64,000 nucleotides of DNA, from assembly GCA_963664225.1 (NCBI GenBank), contig OY760937.1:864001-928000 (forward strand), in the 5' to 3' direction. The number at the start of each line of letters is the position of its first letter. Positions within the stretch are counted from its first letter, which is position 1. The notes beneath the pieces were generated by a model. That model saw only the letters and a list, made by a program, of their open reading frames with translations. It made no database searches and was not told the DNA's origin. The position numbers and the translations under genes are program-made. This document shows positions 1 to 9,343 of this stretch, one piece after another. The DNA is from Verrucomicrobiia bacterium. Its GTDB lineage: Bacteria; Verrucomicrobiota; Verrucomicrobiia; Limisphaerales; UBA1319.

Positions 1-142
1 TGCCTTCAAATTTGGCCTGCGACCAATGCCGTGCCTGAGCCATTTCTTCCTGGGAGGCATGGATGGATTGCCCTGAAGCGATTCCAATCGCGCCGAGTGG
101 CAGAAATAATAAACCCGCAAAAAACCCGAGAGGAAATTTCAT
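1..142 (-). CDS. 5' end of a secreted protein truncated by the window edge; start resembles PVC alpha-galactosidase/NPCBM-type glycoside hydrolases
   Basis: Manual translation from ATG at 142: MKFPLGFFAGLLFLPLGAIGIASGQSIHASQEEMAQARHWSQAKFEG, open to position 1, with a signal-peptide-like N-terminus. Family guess is from recollection only. Confidence 0.55.
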   Translation of the reverse strand, partial: MKFPLGFFAGLLFLPLGAIGIASGQSIHASQEEMAQARHWSQAKFEG

Positions 143-397
143 GTGATAAAGTGTTATGCCCTGAATAAATAACACGAACGAACCCATGTGGCTATAGGAA
201 ACTGAATATTTAAGGCATGTCAATTTGTCTGGTTAACCTGTTTTATTGTGGCGACACGGCGGTGGATACCGCAGTTGCCTCTGGGGGATGCCGTTTAACG
301 GCCGTCAAAGCGAATCAGAATTGTCAGGAGTGCGATGCGAACAGGGAAATACAATACACGCAAAAGGAAAAAACGAGGAAATCCGCCACTTAAAAAG

Positions 398-473
398 TGG
401 TGGAGCCGAGGGGATTCGAACCCCTGACCCCCACAATGCCATTGTGGTGCTCTACCAACTGAGCTACGACCCC
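398..473 (-). tRNA. tRNA-Ala(GGC)
   Basis: Reverse complement GGGGTCGTAGCTCAGTTGGTAGAGCACCACAATGGCATTGTGGGGGTCAGGGGTTCGAATCCCCTCGGCTCCACCA: cloverleaf, anticodon GGC, encoded CCA. Confidence 0.97.
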
Positions 474-603
474 GACCAAGCGGAACACAATCTAAAGAGA
501 TCGGCGGGGATGTCAAAACTTTTTGGACCCGATGTTTTGGATTTTTTTGTGTATCGCGGTCGCCCGCCGGAGTTAAGATCGGTCAATAATGGAAGACGGG
601 CAG

Positions 604-1005
604 ATGGATTTGGAGATTGTGACTCCGCAGGGCTCTTTATTGCAGGGCGCGGTGGATATGGTGGAGTTTCCCAGTCAGGCGGGGGATATGGGAATTTATC
701 CCGGGCATGTGCCATTGCTGGTGGATTTGGCGGCAGGCACGCTGCGAGTCCACAAGGGCGGGCAGGAGGAGCTTTTTGCGGTGGCCGGCGGCTATGTGCA
801 GATCTACGGCGGATTGGTGCGTGTGGTTGCGACGTTTGCCATCACCGATGAAGAGGCGGCGGCGGTGGACGAAGCGTGTCAGCGGGCAAAAAACGCATTG
901 GAAACGACCCAGGCAGAACCACCCGCAAAAATTGCCGAGGAGTTGGAAATGCTGAAGACCGAATTGCTATTCCTGAGAGAGCATAAAGCGCGACGCAACA
1001 AGTGA
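604..1005 (+). CDS. atpC: F0F1 ATP synthase epsilon subunit (stand-alone copy)
   Basis: MDLEIVTPQG...GDMGIYPGHVPLL...FAVAGGYVQI beta-sandwich motifs plus C-terminal helices. Confidence 0.88.
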   Translation: MDLEIVTPQGSLLQGAVDMVEFPSQAGDMGIYPGHVPLLVDLAAGTLRVHKGGQEELFAVAGGYVQIYGGLVRVVATFAITDEEAAAVDEACQRAKNALETTQAEPPAKIAEELEMLKTELLFLREHKARRNK

Positions 1006-1015
1006 TCCGGCCTTT

Positions 1016-2587
1016 TTATGAAGCTGTGGAGTTCGAATTCCCGTTTATGCCGGGCAGTGTGAGCAACTCCGCAGATTGAATAGTGCGTGCGGTTTTCTCG
1101 ATGACCTCAACTGGTTCGATATCTTTTTCCGAACCCGCGCCGAGTTCCTTAAACTTGCGGGCGGTGATCAACACCCGACTTTCCAGCGAGCCAGCGGCTC
1201 TATTGTAGGCCTCCACGGCGCCATCAAGTTTGCTGCCAACAGAGGCAAAATGCTCCGCGAGAACCCGCATTCTGTCATATAACTCGCGTCCAAGGTCGCT
1301 GATCGCCTGAGCGTTCTCGGCGATGTGTTCCTGCCGCCAGCCATAGGATACAGCCCGCAAGAGGGCGATCAGGGTGGTGGGCGTGGCCAGAATGACTTTT
1401 TGTTCAACCCCGGATTCGATGAGGCCGGGGTCTTGCTCGAGGGCGGCGCTGAAGAAAGTCTCGCCTGGAAGGAACAGGACGACAAATTCGGGCGCTGGTT
1501 TGAATTGGTCCCAATATCCTTTTGCGCTCAGCTTGGCGATGTGATCCGCGACTTGCCTGGCGTGCCGCTTAAGCTGAGCGAGGCGGCTTGGCTCGTCGGG
1601 AGCTGATAGAGCTTCCAGGTAAGCCTGCAAAGGGCATTTGGCATCCACCACGACATTTTTGCCGCCGGGAAGCTTCACGATGAGGTCTGGGCGCAAGCGG
1701 CCGTCCTCAGTGGTCACGGATTCCTGTTGAAGAAAATCGCAATGATCGATCATTCCGGCCATCTCGACGACCCGCTTGAGCTGGATTTCACCCCAGCGAC
1801 CACGAACTTGTGGCGCCCGGAGCGCCTTGACAAGATTGGCCGTCTCGGTTTGAAGCTGCACCTGCGTTGTCGCCAGGGACTTGACCTGCTCGGTAAGGGA
1901 TGAATATGCGGATGTGCGCTCCTTTTCAAGGGTTGCGATCTTGCCGTCCACTTTTTCGAGGGAATCCTTCAGCGGCCTGACCAATTCATCAATCGCTTTC
2001 TGGCGGGCTGTCAGGTCGGTCTGGGCCCCTTCCTGAAATTTTTCAAGGGCGGTTTTGGCCAGTTCCAGAAACGACTGATTGTTGCTCTTCAACGCGTCGG
2101 ACGAGAGCGCTTTGAAGGCATCGCCGAGCTTTTGTTGGGCGTTGTTGAGCAGCGTGAGTTTTTCCTCGGCCGCTTTGCGCTCCTCTTGAATCGTCGCGGT
2201 GAGAGTGGCTTGCGCCTCCTTGAGTTGAGTGAGTTCGGCGTTTAGGTTTGCGAGCTGCGTCTCCTTGTCAATTAATTCAGCTTCAAGGGTCGGAATGCGG
2301 GTGTTTTTTTCTTCGGCGGCAGCCAGCCTGGATGATGCTGAAATGAGGTCAGACTGCAGCCGGGTATTTTCTCCATTGGACTTTTCCAGAGTGGCGTTGA
2401 GACCTTGAATTTGAGAATCCCTGGCCTGGAGCGTGGCGTTTAAGCCCGCCCGCTCGGCATCAGCCCCCGCCTTTGCGCTGTCAGCGGATGCTTGAATCCT
2501 CCCTTTGAGTATGAGCCAGCCCAGCGCTGCCCCAAGGACAAGGCCGATAATAAGGCCCAAGACGAGGAGGAGTGTGGGATTGTTCAT
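1016..2587 (-). CDS. rmuC: DNA recombination protein RmuC
   Basis: N-terminal TM, long coiled coil, [47 protein letters not shown]. Confidence 0.93.
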   Translation of the reverse strand: MNNPTLLLVLGLIIGLVLGAALGWLILKGRIQASADSAKAGADAERAGLNATLQARDSQIQGLNATLEKSNGENTRLQSDLISASSRLAAAEEKNTRIPTLEAELIDKETQLANLNAELTQLKEAQATLTATIQEERKAAEEKLTLLNNAQQKLGDAFKALSSDALKSNNQSFLELAKTALEKFQEGAQTDLTARQKAIDELVRPLKDSLEKVDGKIATLEKERTSAYSSLTEQVKSLATTQVQLQTETANLVKALRAPQVRGRWGEIQLKRVVEMAGMIDHCDFLQQESVTTEDGRLRPDLIVKLPGGKNVVVDAKCPLQAYLEALSAPDEPSRLAQLKRHARQVADHIAKLSAKGYWDQFKPAPEFVVLFLPGETFFSAALEQDPGLIESGVEQKVILATPTTLIALLRAVSYGWRQEHIAENAQAISDLGRELYDRMRVLAEHFASVGSKLDGAVEAYNRAAGSLESRVLITARKFKELGAGSEKDIEPVEVIEKTARTIQSAELLTLPGINGNSNSTAS

Positions 2588-2723
2588 AATGGATGGAAAG
2601 GGTGGCTCTTTGGAGCGGACCCGTCAATACCATCGTCGCAAATCGCTAGGGGAATTGAATCGGGATCGGTCGCAGGACAAAAAACTTCTGGAGCAAATAC
2701 GGTGTTTCAAAGCCCAAATTGAG

Positions 2724-2772
2724 CCCCTCTCTCCAACTCTCTCCCCACTCGTGCCTCGCGGGGCGAGAGAGT
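2724..2772. repeat. REP-like imperfect palindrome (CCCTCTC...CTCTCTCCCC...GGGG.GAGAGAG type)
   Basis: Intergenic ACTCTCTCCCCAC...GCGGGGCGAGAGAGT hairpin between ridA and rmuC. Confidence 0.5.
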
Positions 2773-2890
2773 GGAATGGCGCGTTCGGTGCATTTAGTTG
2801 GGTAGCGCAGGCCTCCACATAGGCTTTCATGGCATTCCAAAGAGTACTTCTGCGAATGGAAGGTTCTTGTCCTGTGCCCATCGGGATCGG

Positions 2891-3286
2891 TTAATTACCG
2901 TAAACGGCGACCACTTCAATTTCCACGCTGGCACCTTTTGGCAGGGCGGCGACCTGGACCGTGGACCGGGCGGGGGCGTCTTTTGTGAAAAAACGGCCAT
3001 AGACCTCATTCAAGACGGCAAAATCGGCCAGGTTGGTGAGGAAAACAGTGGTTTTGACGACATTCGCCAGGGAAAGGTGTTCGTGTTCGAGGATGTTCTG
3101 AATGTTGCGCATGACCTGTTCCGTTTGGGCGGCGATGCTCATCTCGCTTATGACCTGGGCTGGATTGGAAGGATCCAGAGGGATTTGGCCCGAGCAGAAC
3201 AAGAAATTTCCGGCGCGAACGGCATGGCTGTATGGGCCAACGGGTGCGGGCGCGTTTTGGGGCTGTATGATTTTTTTAGAGTTCAT
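2891..3286 (-). CDS. ridA: RidA/YjgF family enamine/imine deaminase
   Basis: APAPVGPYSHAV, SGQIPLDP, VVKTTVFL, PARSTVQVAALPKGASVEIE. Confidence 0.93.
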   Translation of the reverse strand: MNSKKIIQPQNAPAPVGPYSHAVRAGNFLFCSGQIPLDPSNPAQVISEMSIAAQTEQVMRNIQNILEHEHLSLANVVKTTVFLTNLADFAVLNEVYGRFFTKDAPARSTVQVAALPKGASVEIEVVAVYGN

Positions 3287-3300
3287 GGGATGTGATGCGG

Positions 3301-3501
3301 TTATTTCTTTTCGTCAAGCCAGGTCATTTGAATGCGTTCGAGGATGCGCTCGTTGGAAGAATCCGGATCATCCGCAAAATCGGGCAATTCGACGATCATC
3401 TGGCGGAGTTTTGGGAAGCTCAGGCGCAAGGGATCCTGGTCCGGGTATTGATCCAACAACGCCCAGGCGATTTCCTCAGGACTATTCCAATTCAAATTCA
3501 T
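3301..3501 (-). CDS. iscX: Fe-S cluster assembly protein IscX
   Basis: 66 aa; W..PEEIA..L...YPDQDP..LSF..L..MIVELPDFADDP..SNERILERIQMTWLDE. Confidence 0.88.
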   Translation of the reverse strand: MNLNWNSPEEIAWALLDQYPDQDPLRLSFPKLRQMIVELPDFADDPDSSNERILERIQMTWLDEKK

Positions 3502-3723
3502 ACAAAAATATCCGGCGGGAGGGTTTAAACTGCGCGCCGCGCGCGGTCAAGCAGGCGTTGCATGGCTGACGATATTTCAAAAATGCATGAAGAACGCGAA
3601 AAATCAAAAGGTGTTGCAGTGGGGGGTGCGATTTGCCACAGTTTTTGCATCGGCAGAATGATGTGCGGCAGAGGGATCCGCAGTGGGAATGCGGATTTGA
3701 AAGTGCAAGGCATAAAATAGATC

Positions 3724-4497
3724 ATGAAAGTTGTCATCTTATGTGGTGGATTGGGCACGCGGTTGCGTGAGGAGACCGAGTATCGTCCCAAGCCGATGGT
3801 GCCCGTTGGAGGGCGCCCGATATTGTGGCATATCATGAAGACGTATGCGCATTACGGGCATAAGGAGTTCATTTTGTGCCTCGGCTACAAAGGGGAGATC
3901 ATCAAAGATTATTTTCGGAATTATCAGTGGAACACGAGCGATGTGACGCTGCGTCTGGGGCGGGTGCCGCAAATCAAGTATCACACCCAGCATGACGAGG
4001 AGGACTGGACGGTGACGCTGCTGGATACCGGACAGGAAACCCAGACGGGCGGACGCCTGCAGCGGGCGCTGAAATTCATCGATGGAGACGATTTTTTGTT
4101 CACTTATGGCGATGGACTCATCAACAGCGACATCAATAAAAGCATCGAATTTCACAAGGCTCATGGGGCGCTGACGACTGTGACTGCGGTGAAGCCGAGC
4201 GGGCGTTTCGGGGAACTGGCGCTGGACGATCAGACCATTACGGGATTCTGTGAGAAGCCGGCGCAGGAGAACTATTTCATCAATGGCGGATATTTCGTGA
4301 TGAACCGGCAGGTGGAAAAATATCTGGATGGGGATGCCTGTGTGCTGGAACAGAAGCCCATGGAGCAAATGGCGCGAGAACGGCAGTTGAAAGCCTATTT
4401 CCATACGGGATTCTGGCAATGCATGGACACGTTTCGCGAGCAGGAGCTGCTTAATAAAATCTGGAAAGGCGGCCAGGCGCCGTGGAAAGTGTGGTAG
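3724..4497 (+). CDS. rfbF: Glucose-1-phosphate cytidylyltransferase
   Basis: MKVVILCGGLGTRLREETEYRPKPMV, TYGDG, INGGYFV, GFWQCMDT, APWKVW. Confidence 0.95.
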   Translation: MKVVILCGGLGTRLREETEYRPKPMVPVGGRPILWHIMKTYAHYGHKEFILCLGYKGEIIKDYFRNYQWNTSDVTLRLGRVPQIKYHTQHDEEDWTVTLLDTGQETQTGGRLQRALKFIDGDDFLFTYGDGLINSDINKSIEFHKAHGALTTVTAVKPSGRFGELALDDQTITGFCEKPAQENYFINGGYFVMNRQVEKYLDGDACVLEQKPMEQMARERQLKAYFHTGFWQCMDTFREQELLNKIWKGGQAPWKVW

Positions 4498-4499
4498 GG

Positions 4500-5597
4500 A
4501 TGTTTGGCGGATTTTACACAGGCAAACGGGTATTGGTCACAGGGCACACCGGATTCAAGGGAGGGTGGCTGTCCTTGTGGCTGCACAGCCTGGGGGCGGA
4601 AGTCAGTGGCTATAGCCTGCCGGCGCCCACGAATCCAAATTTCCATGAAGTGATTCAGGAGGGGGTGTTTTCAAGGGAGTTTGTCGGGGACGTGCGCGAT
4701 TTGAACAGTTTGCGCGGCGCCATCGAGCAGGTCCGGCCGGAAGTCATTTTCCATCTTGCCGCGCAGGCATTGGTGCGCCTTTCCTATCGGGAGCCGCTGG
4801 AGACGCTTTCGAGCAATGTCATGGGCACGGCCAATCTGCTGGAGGCCGTGCGTCAAACGGAGTGTGGAGCGGCGGTGGTCCTGGTGACCAGTGACAAATG
4901 CTATGAAAACCGCCAGTGGGTGCATGGTTATCGGGAAAACGATGCGATGGGCGGCCATGATGTGTATTCCATGAGCAAGGGTGCGGCGGAATTGGTGGCG
5001 CAGAGCTGGCGCCGCAGTTTTTTTGCTCCGAATGCGAAGCTAGGCAATGTGGCGACGGCGCGCGCCGGCAATGTGATTGGAGGCGGGGATTATGCTCCTG
5101 ACCGCCTGGTGCCGGATTGCATCCGGGCCTTGCTGGAGCATCAGTCGATCGCCATTCGCAATCCATCCGCCACAAGGCCTTGGCAGCATGTGTTGGATTG
5201 TTTGAGCGGTTATTTGTGGCTGGGAGCGCAATTGGCGCGCGCGGAAAAGAACTCGCCGATGGCGGATGCGTTCAATTTCGGTCCGGGCGTGCAGGCGGGG
5301 ATGCCCGTGATGGAATTGGTGGAGATTTTCCTAAAGCAATGGCCGGGGAAGTATCATCTGGCGGTGGATGCCAATGCGCCGCACGAGGCGCGTCAGTTGA
5401 ATCTGGCCATCGATAAGGCCGCGCATGAATTGGGCTGGCATCCGACCTGGAGTGTGGATATGGCGTTGAAAAGCACGGCTGAGTGGTATCGACGCCGGCA
5501 TCTGGATGGAGAGAAGGAGATGGCCCGCTTCACGCTTGCCCAGATCGGCCAATTTGCGGAGGATGCCCGTTCCAAAAATATATTGTGGACCAAATGA
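4500..5597 (+). CDS. rfbG: CDP-glucose 4,6-dehydratase
   Basis: VTGHTGFKGGWL, FHLAAQALV, TSDKCYEN, YSMSK, RAGNVIGGGD, RPWQHVLD. Confidence 0.95.
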   Translation: MFGGFYTGKRVLVTGHTGFKGGWLSLWLHSLGAEVSGYSLPAPTNPNFHEVIQEGVFSREFVGDVRDLNSLRGAIEQVRPEVIFHLAAQALVRLSYREPLETLSSNVMGTANLLEAVRQTECGAAVVLVTSDKCYENRQWVHGYRENDAMGGHDVYSMSKGAAELVAQSWRRSFFAPNAKLGNVATARAGNVIGGGDYAPDRLVPDCIRALLEHQSIAIRNPSATRPWQHVLDCLSGYLWLGAQLARAEKNSPMADAFNFGPGVQAGMPVMELVEIFLKQWPGKYHLAVDANAPHEARQLNLAIDKAAHELGWHPTWSVDMALKSTAEWYRRRHLDGEKEMARFTLAQIGQFAEDARSKNILWTK

Positions 5598-6826
5598 GCG
5601 ATTATTTGCAATGCCGTGCGTGTGGTTCGAGCCATGGACGTCTTGTGTTGGATCTGGGAATCCAGCCTCTGGCGAATAATTTGCTGAAGCCGACCGATCT
5701 TTCGCAGCCGGAACCGAAATTTCCGTTGCGGCTTTTTGTGTGCGGGGAGTGCCGGTTGCTGCAAATCGCGGATGAGGTGGCGCCAGTGAAATTGTTTGGT
5801 GAGTATCTCTATTTTTCCTCGTTTTCAGATCTCATGCTGCGTCACGCCCGTGAGGCCGCCGAACGCTATATCAGTGACTTTGGGTTGGGGCCGAAGAACA
5901 GGGTGGTGGAAATTGCCAGCAATGACGGGTATTTGCTGAAGAATTTTGTGCAGGCGGGCATTCCATGCCTCGGGATCGAGCCGGCGGCGAACATTGCCCG
6001 CGAAGCGGTGAGCAGGGGGATTCCAACGCGGGTGGAATTTTTCGGGAGCGCGCTGGCGAAGACACTCGTGGCGGAGAATCAAGGCGCGGATCTGATCCTG
6101 GGAAACAACGTGTTTGCGCACGCTCCCGCGATCAATGATTTCGTGGAGGGGCTGAAAATACTGCTCAAACCAGGGGGGCGTGTGATTCTGGAGTTTCCGT
6201 ATGCCCTGGATTTGATTGAGAAGATCGAATTCGACACGATCTATCATGAGCATGTTTTTTACTTCACCCTAAGCGCGTTGCAGCCCGTTTTTGAACGACA
6301 CGGGCTGGTGATACATCATGTGGAAAAGCTGCCCATTCACGGCGGATCGCTGCGGTTGTTTGCGACGCACGCAGAAAATGGGGCGCCGGACGCGACGGTG
6401 GATGCCTTTCTGAGGGAGGAGAATCGCCGTGGAGTGAAGGCCGATGGGTATTATCAGGGATTCTCCGAGCGCGTGATGGGACTAAAGACGGATTTGAACC
6501 GTCTGCTGGGCCGCTTGAAAGCGGAGGGGAAGAGCGTGGCCGCGTACGGGGCGTCGGCCAAAGGCAGCACCTTGCTGAATTTTTTCGGACTGGGGACAGA
6601 TTATCTGGATTTCGTGGTGGACCGCAGTTCTTACAAGCAGGGACGGCTGACGCCCGGGACGCATATTCCGATCCTGCCGCCCGAGCAATTGCTGGCGAGG
6701 CAACCTGATTACACCCTGCTTCTGACCTGGAATTTTGCCGATGAAATTCTGGAGCAGCAGCAGGAGTATCGCCAGCGCGGCGGCCAATTCATCATTCCGA
6801 TTCCCGAGGTGAAAATCGTCGAATGA
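5594..6826 (+). CDS. NDP-hexose C-methyltransferase (Zn-binding N-terminus; TcaB9/EryBIII/NovU-like)
   Basis: CRACGS...LDLGIQPLANN...CGECRLLQ, EIASNDGYLL, FDTIYHEH, HGGSLR, YGASAKGSTLLN, LLLTWNF; ATG overlaps rfbG stop. Confidence 0.9.
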   Translation: MSDYLQCRACGSSHGRLVLDLGIQPLANNLLKPTDLSQPEPKFPLRLFVCGECRLLQIADEVAPVKLFGEYLYFSSFSDLMLRHAREAAERYISDFGLGPKNRVVEIASNDGYLLKNFVQAGIPCLGIEPAANIAREAVSRGIPTRVEFFGSALAKTLVAENQGADLILGNNVFAHAPAINDFVEGLKILLKPGGRVILEFPYALDLIEKIEFDTIYHEHVFYFTLSALQPVFERHGLVIHHVEKLPIHGGSLRLFATHAENGAPDATVDAFLREENRRGVKADGYYQGFSERVMGLKTDLNRLLGRLKAEGKSVAAYGASAKGSTLLNFFGLGTDYLDFVVDRSSYKQGRLTPGTHIPILPPEQLLARQPDYTLLLTWNFADEILEQQQEYRQRGGQFIIPIPEVKIVE

Positions 6827-7350
6827 AATTTCTCCCCACAACGCTAGACGGGGTCTGGTTGATTGAGTTGGAACCGCGCCAGGATGAGCGCGGCTTCCTG
6901 GCTCGCACCTATTGTGAAAAGGAGTTTTCGAACCACGGATTAAACACGGCCTGGCCGCAGTGCAACTGGACGTTGACCCGGCACAAGGGGATGATTCGAG
7001 GGTTGCATTATCAGTTGCCGCCTCGCGCCGAGATTAAACTGATCCGCTGCATCTCCGGGAGCATTTTTGACGTGTTGGTGGATACCCGGAAGGATTCTCC
7101 GAGCCATGGTCGTTGGGAGGCGTTCGAATTGAGCGGGACGTCCTTTCGCCAGCTTTATGTGCCGGGCGGGCTGGCTCACGGTTTTCAGTGTCTGACCGAG
7201 GATTGCCAGGTGTTTTACCAGATGTCGGAATTCTTCGACGCCGATCTGGCGCGGGGGATTCGGTGGAATAGTCCGGCGCTCAAAATTGCCTGGCCCCTAT
7301 CCAATGCGGTGCTTTCGGATCGCGACCAAAACCTGCCCGTTTTCGAATAA
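6823..7350 (+). CDS. rfbC: NDP-4-keto-6-deoxyhexose 3,5-epimerase (RmlC/RfbC family)
   Basis: DERGFLAR, RGLHYQ, KLIRCISGSIFDVLVD, LYVPGGLAHGFQ. Confidence 0.92.
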   Translation: MKFLPTTLDGVWLIELEPRQDERGFLARTYCEKEFSNHGLNTAWPQCNWTLTRHKGMIRGLHYQLPPRAEIKLIRCISGSIFDVLVDTRKDSPSHGRWEAFELSGTSFRQLYVPGGLAHGFQCLTEDCQVFYQMSEFFDADLARGIRWNSPALKIAWPLSNAVLSDRDQNLPVFE

Positions 7351-7353
7351 TCC

Positions 7354-8337
7354 GTGAATTTACTTTTAACAGGCGCCACAGGATTTATTGGAGCCGCGTG
7401 CGCGCGTCTGGCGTTGGAGCGTGGCGATCATGTGGGAGCCATCGTTCTTCCGGGGGAGGAGCGGAAATTGCCGCGGCACGAAAACCTCGTCCCCATGACA
7501 GGCAGTCTGGCCGATCCTCCTTACGCGGCGATTGCCGGTTTTGCGCCCGAGGTTTGCCTGCACACCGCCTGGGTGACGGCTCCGGGCGTGTATCTCGAAT
7601 CTCCGGATAATGATTTGTTTTTGGAATGGAGCCGGGAATTCATCAAAGGGATCACAGACCGGGGTGTGGGGCATGTCATGGTGTTGGGGACATGCATCGA
7701 GTATCAGGTCAATAACGCGCCGCTTTCGGAAGATAAGACTCCTGTGGTGCCGACCACGCGATACGCAAGGTGCAAGAATGCGTTGCGCGAGTATCTGGCG
7801 AACGGCGGCGGGACGGGACGCGGAAGCTGGTGCTGGGGGCGTGTGTTTTATCCCTACGGGGTGGGGGAGCATCCTTCTCGGTTATGCAGCGCGATCATCA
7901 ACAAGCTGCGAGCCGGGGAGCCGATCTGTCTGAAGACGCCGTCGAGCGTGAAGGATTACATTCACATAGGCGATCTGGCGGCGGCGATTTTGCTGTGCCT
8001 TGGGCGGCGACAACAGGGGGCGATTAATCTGGGCACAGGTGTTGGGGTATCCGTGGGGGAGATGGCTGGAGCGATCGGACATTTGATGGATCGGTCTGGC
8101 TTAATAACACATGCGGAACCGCCGGCGATGGATCCGCAGGGGCATGTGGTGGCGGATGCGACACGATTGCGCGCGTTGGGATGGGCGCCGCGCGTGACCA
8201 TGGAAACGGGATTGAGAGGACTTATCAAGCATTTGACCTGCGACGCGCCCGAGGGAACGATTGGGATTGGGGGGGCAGGCGTCCCAGGCGAAATCCGAGG
8301 AGAAAACTCCGCCAACGCTCAAGGGAAAAAGGGCTAG
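7354..8337 (+). CDS. NAD-dependent epimerase/dehydratase family, probable NDP-sugar 4-ketoreductase
   Basis: TGATGFIG Rossmann motif, GTCIEY, YARCK (YxxxK), RVFYPYG, DYIHIGD. Confidence 0.85.
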   Translation: MNLLLTGATGFIGAACARLALERGDHVGAIVLPGEERKLPRHENLVPMTGSLADPPYAAIAGFAPEVCLHTAWVTAPGVYLESPDNDLFLEWSREFIKGITDRGVGHVMVLGTCIEYQVNNAPLSEDKTPVVPTTRYARCKNALREYLANGGGTGRGSWCWGRVFYPYGVGEHPSRLCSAIINKLRAGEPICLKTPSSVKDYIHIGDLAAAILLCLGRRQQGAINLGTGVGVSVGEMAGAIGHLMDRSGLITHAEPPAMDPQGHVVADATRLRALGWAPRVTMETGLRGLIKHLTCDAPEGTIGIGGAGVPGEIRGENSANAQGKKG

Positions 8338-8354
8338 TCCAACGTCACCTTAAC

Positions 8355-9338
8355 ATGGCTTTTGTCACATCGGTCATACCGGTATTTAACGGCGCGAGGT
8401 TTTTGCCGGAGGCGCTTGAAATGTTTGCCGGGCAGTCCCGGCGGCCGGACCGGTTGGTGGTGTTGGATAATTGCTCCACAGACGCAACACCTGAAATTGC
8501 ACGGGGATTCAAAGGGATGCCCTGCGAATGGCGACGCAACGAAACCAATATCGGGCTGCTGGGCAATTTGAATCGCGCGCTGGCTTTCTCGAGCGAAACG
8601 GAATATCTGCACATTCTGCCGGTCGATGATCGGATCAAACCCACCTTTTTCGAGCGTATGCTTCCGCTTCTCAAAGATGCAGAGGGATTGGCGCTGGCTT
8701 ACAGCCTGGTTGAAATTATTGACGGGGAAGGGAATCTGACCGGGCCAGCATCGGGCCAGGGTGTGGGAGCGCGGGAGGTGCCCAAGAAGCAGTATTTGGG
8801 AGCTTTGGCGGAGTTGAAGACGATTTTGATGCCTGGCATCCTAATGAAGACGTGTTATCAGCCTTCGCCGGTTCAATTTCCGCTGGATATGCCGCAGGTC
8901 GGGGATTGTCTGTTTTACGCTTGTCTGGGGGCGCATTGCTCGAAGCTCATGGAGATGTCCGACCCGTTGTGCCAGCACCGCCGGCATGCGGCGAGCACGA
9001 CGGATCGGAATATATTCAATCTCGACGCGTGGGTGCGTGACGAGTGGCGAAATATGACAATGGTGATGGGGTTGATCGAGGAAGGGGCGTTCGGCCACTG
9101 GCTGAGATGGCAGAAATTGAAGTGCTTGTTTGCGGCACGGAGTCGAATTAAGATCGACATGGTTGCGGAAAGCCGGGCGAACTATGCGGTGGAAATACGC
9201 AAGGCCACATTGGAAAAAATTTCGCCGGTTCATTGGTGGCTTGGCAATGCCGCAGTATGGATGCGGGATGCATTATATGGGAAGTCCCGGCCTCGCATTG
9301 CGGATGGGAAACAGGGGCAGGGTGTTCCGAGAACTTAA
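8355..9338 (+). CDS. Glycosyltransferase family 2
   Basis: VIPVFNG, VLDNCSTD, NIGLLGNLN, ILPVDD. Confidence 0.88.
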   Translation: MAFVTSVIPVFNGARFLPEALEMFAGQSRRPDRLVVLDNCSTDATPEIARGFKGMPCEWRRNETNIGLLGNLNRALAFSSETEYLHILPVDDRIKPTFFERMLPLLKDAEGLALAYSLVEIIDGEGNLTGPASGQGVGAREVPKKQYLGALAELKTILMPGILMKTCYQPSPVQFPLDMPQVGDCLFYACLGAHCSKLMEMSDPLCQHRRHAASTTDRNIFNLDAWVRDEWRNMTMVMGLIEEGAFGHWLRWQKLKCLFAARSRIKIDMVAESRANYAVEIRKATLEKISPVHWWLGNAAVWMRDALYGKSRPRIADGKQGQGVPRT

Positions 9339-9343
9339 ACTGA

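Noticed and set aside
246..851. 201-aa ORF and 295-516 ORF
   Set aside because: They overlap tRNA-Ala (and atpC); the GAEGIRTPD-type text is a typical tRNA-antisense translation.
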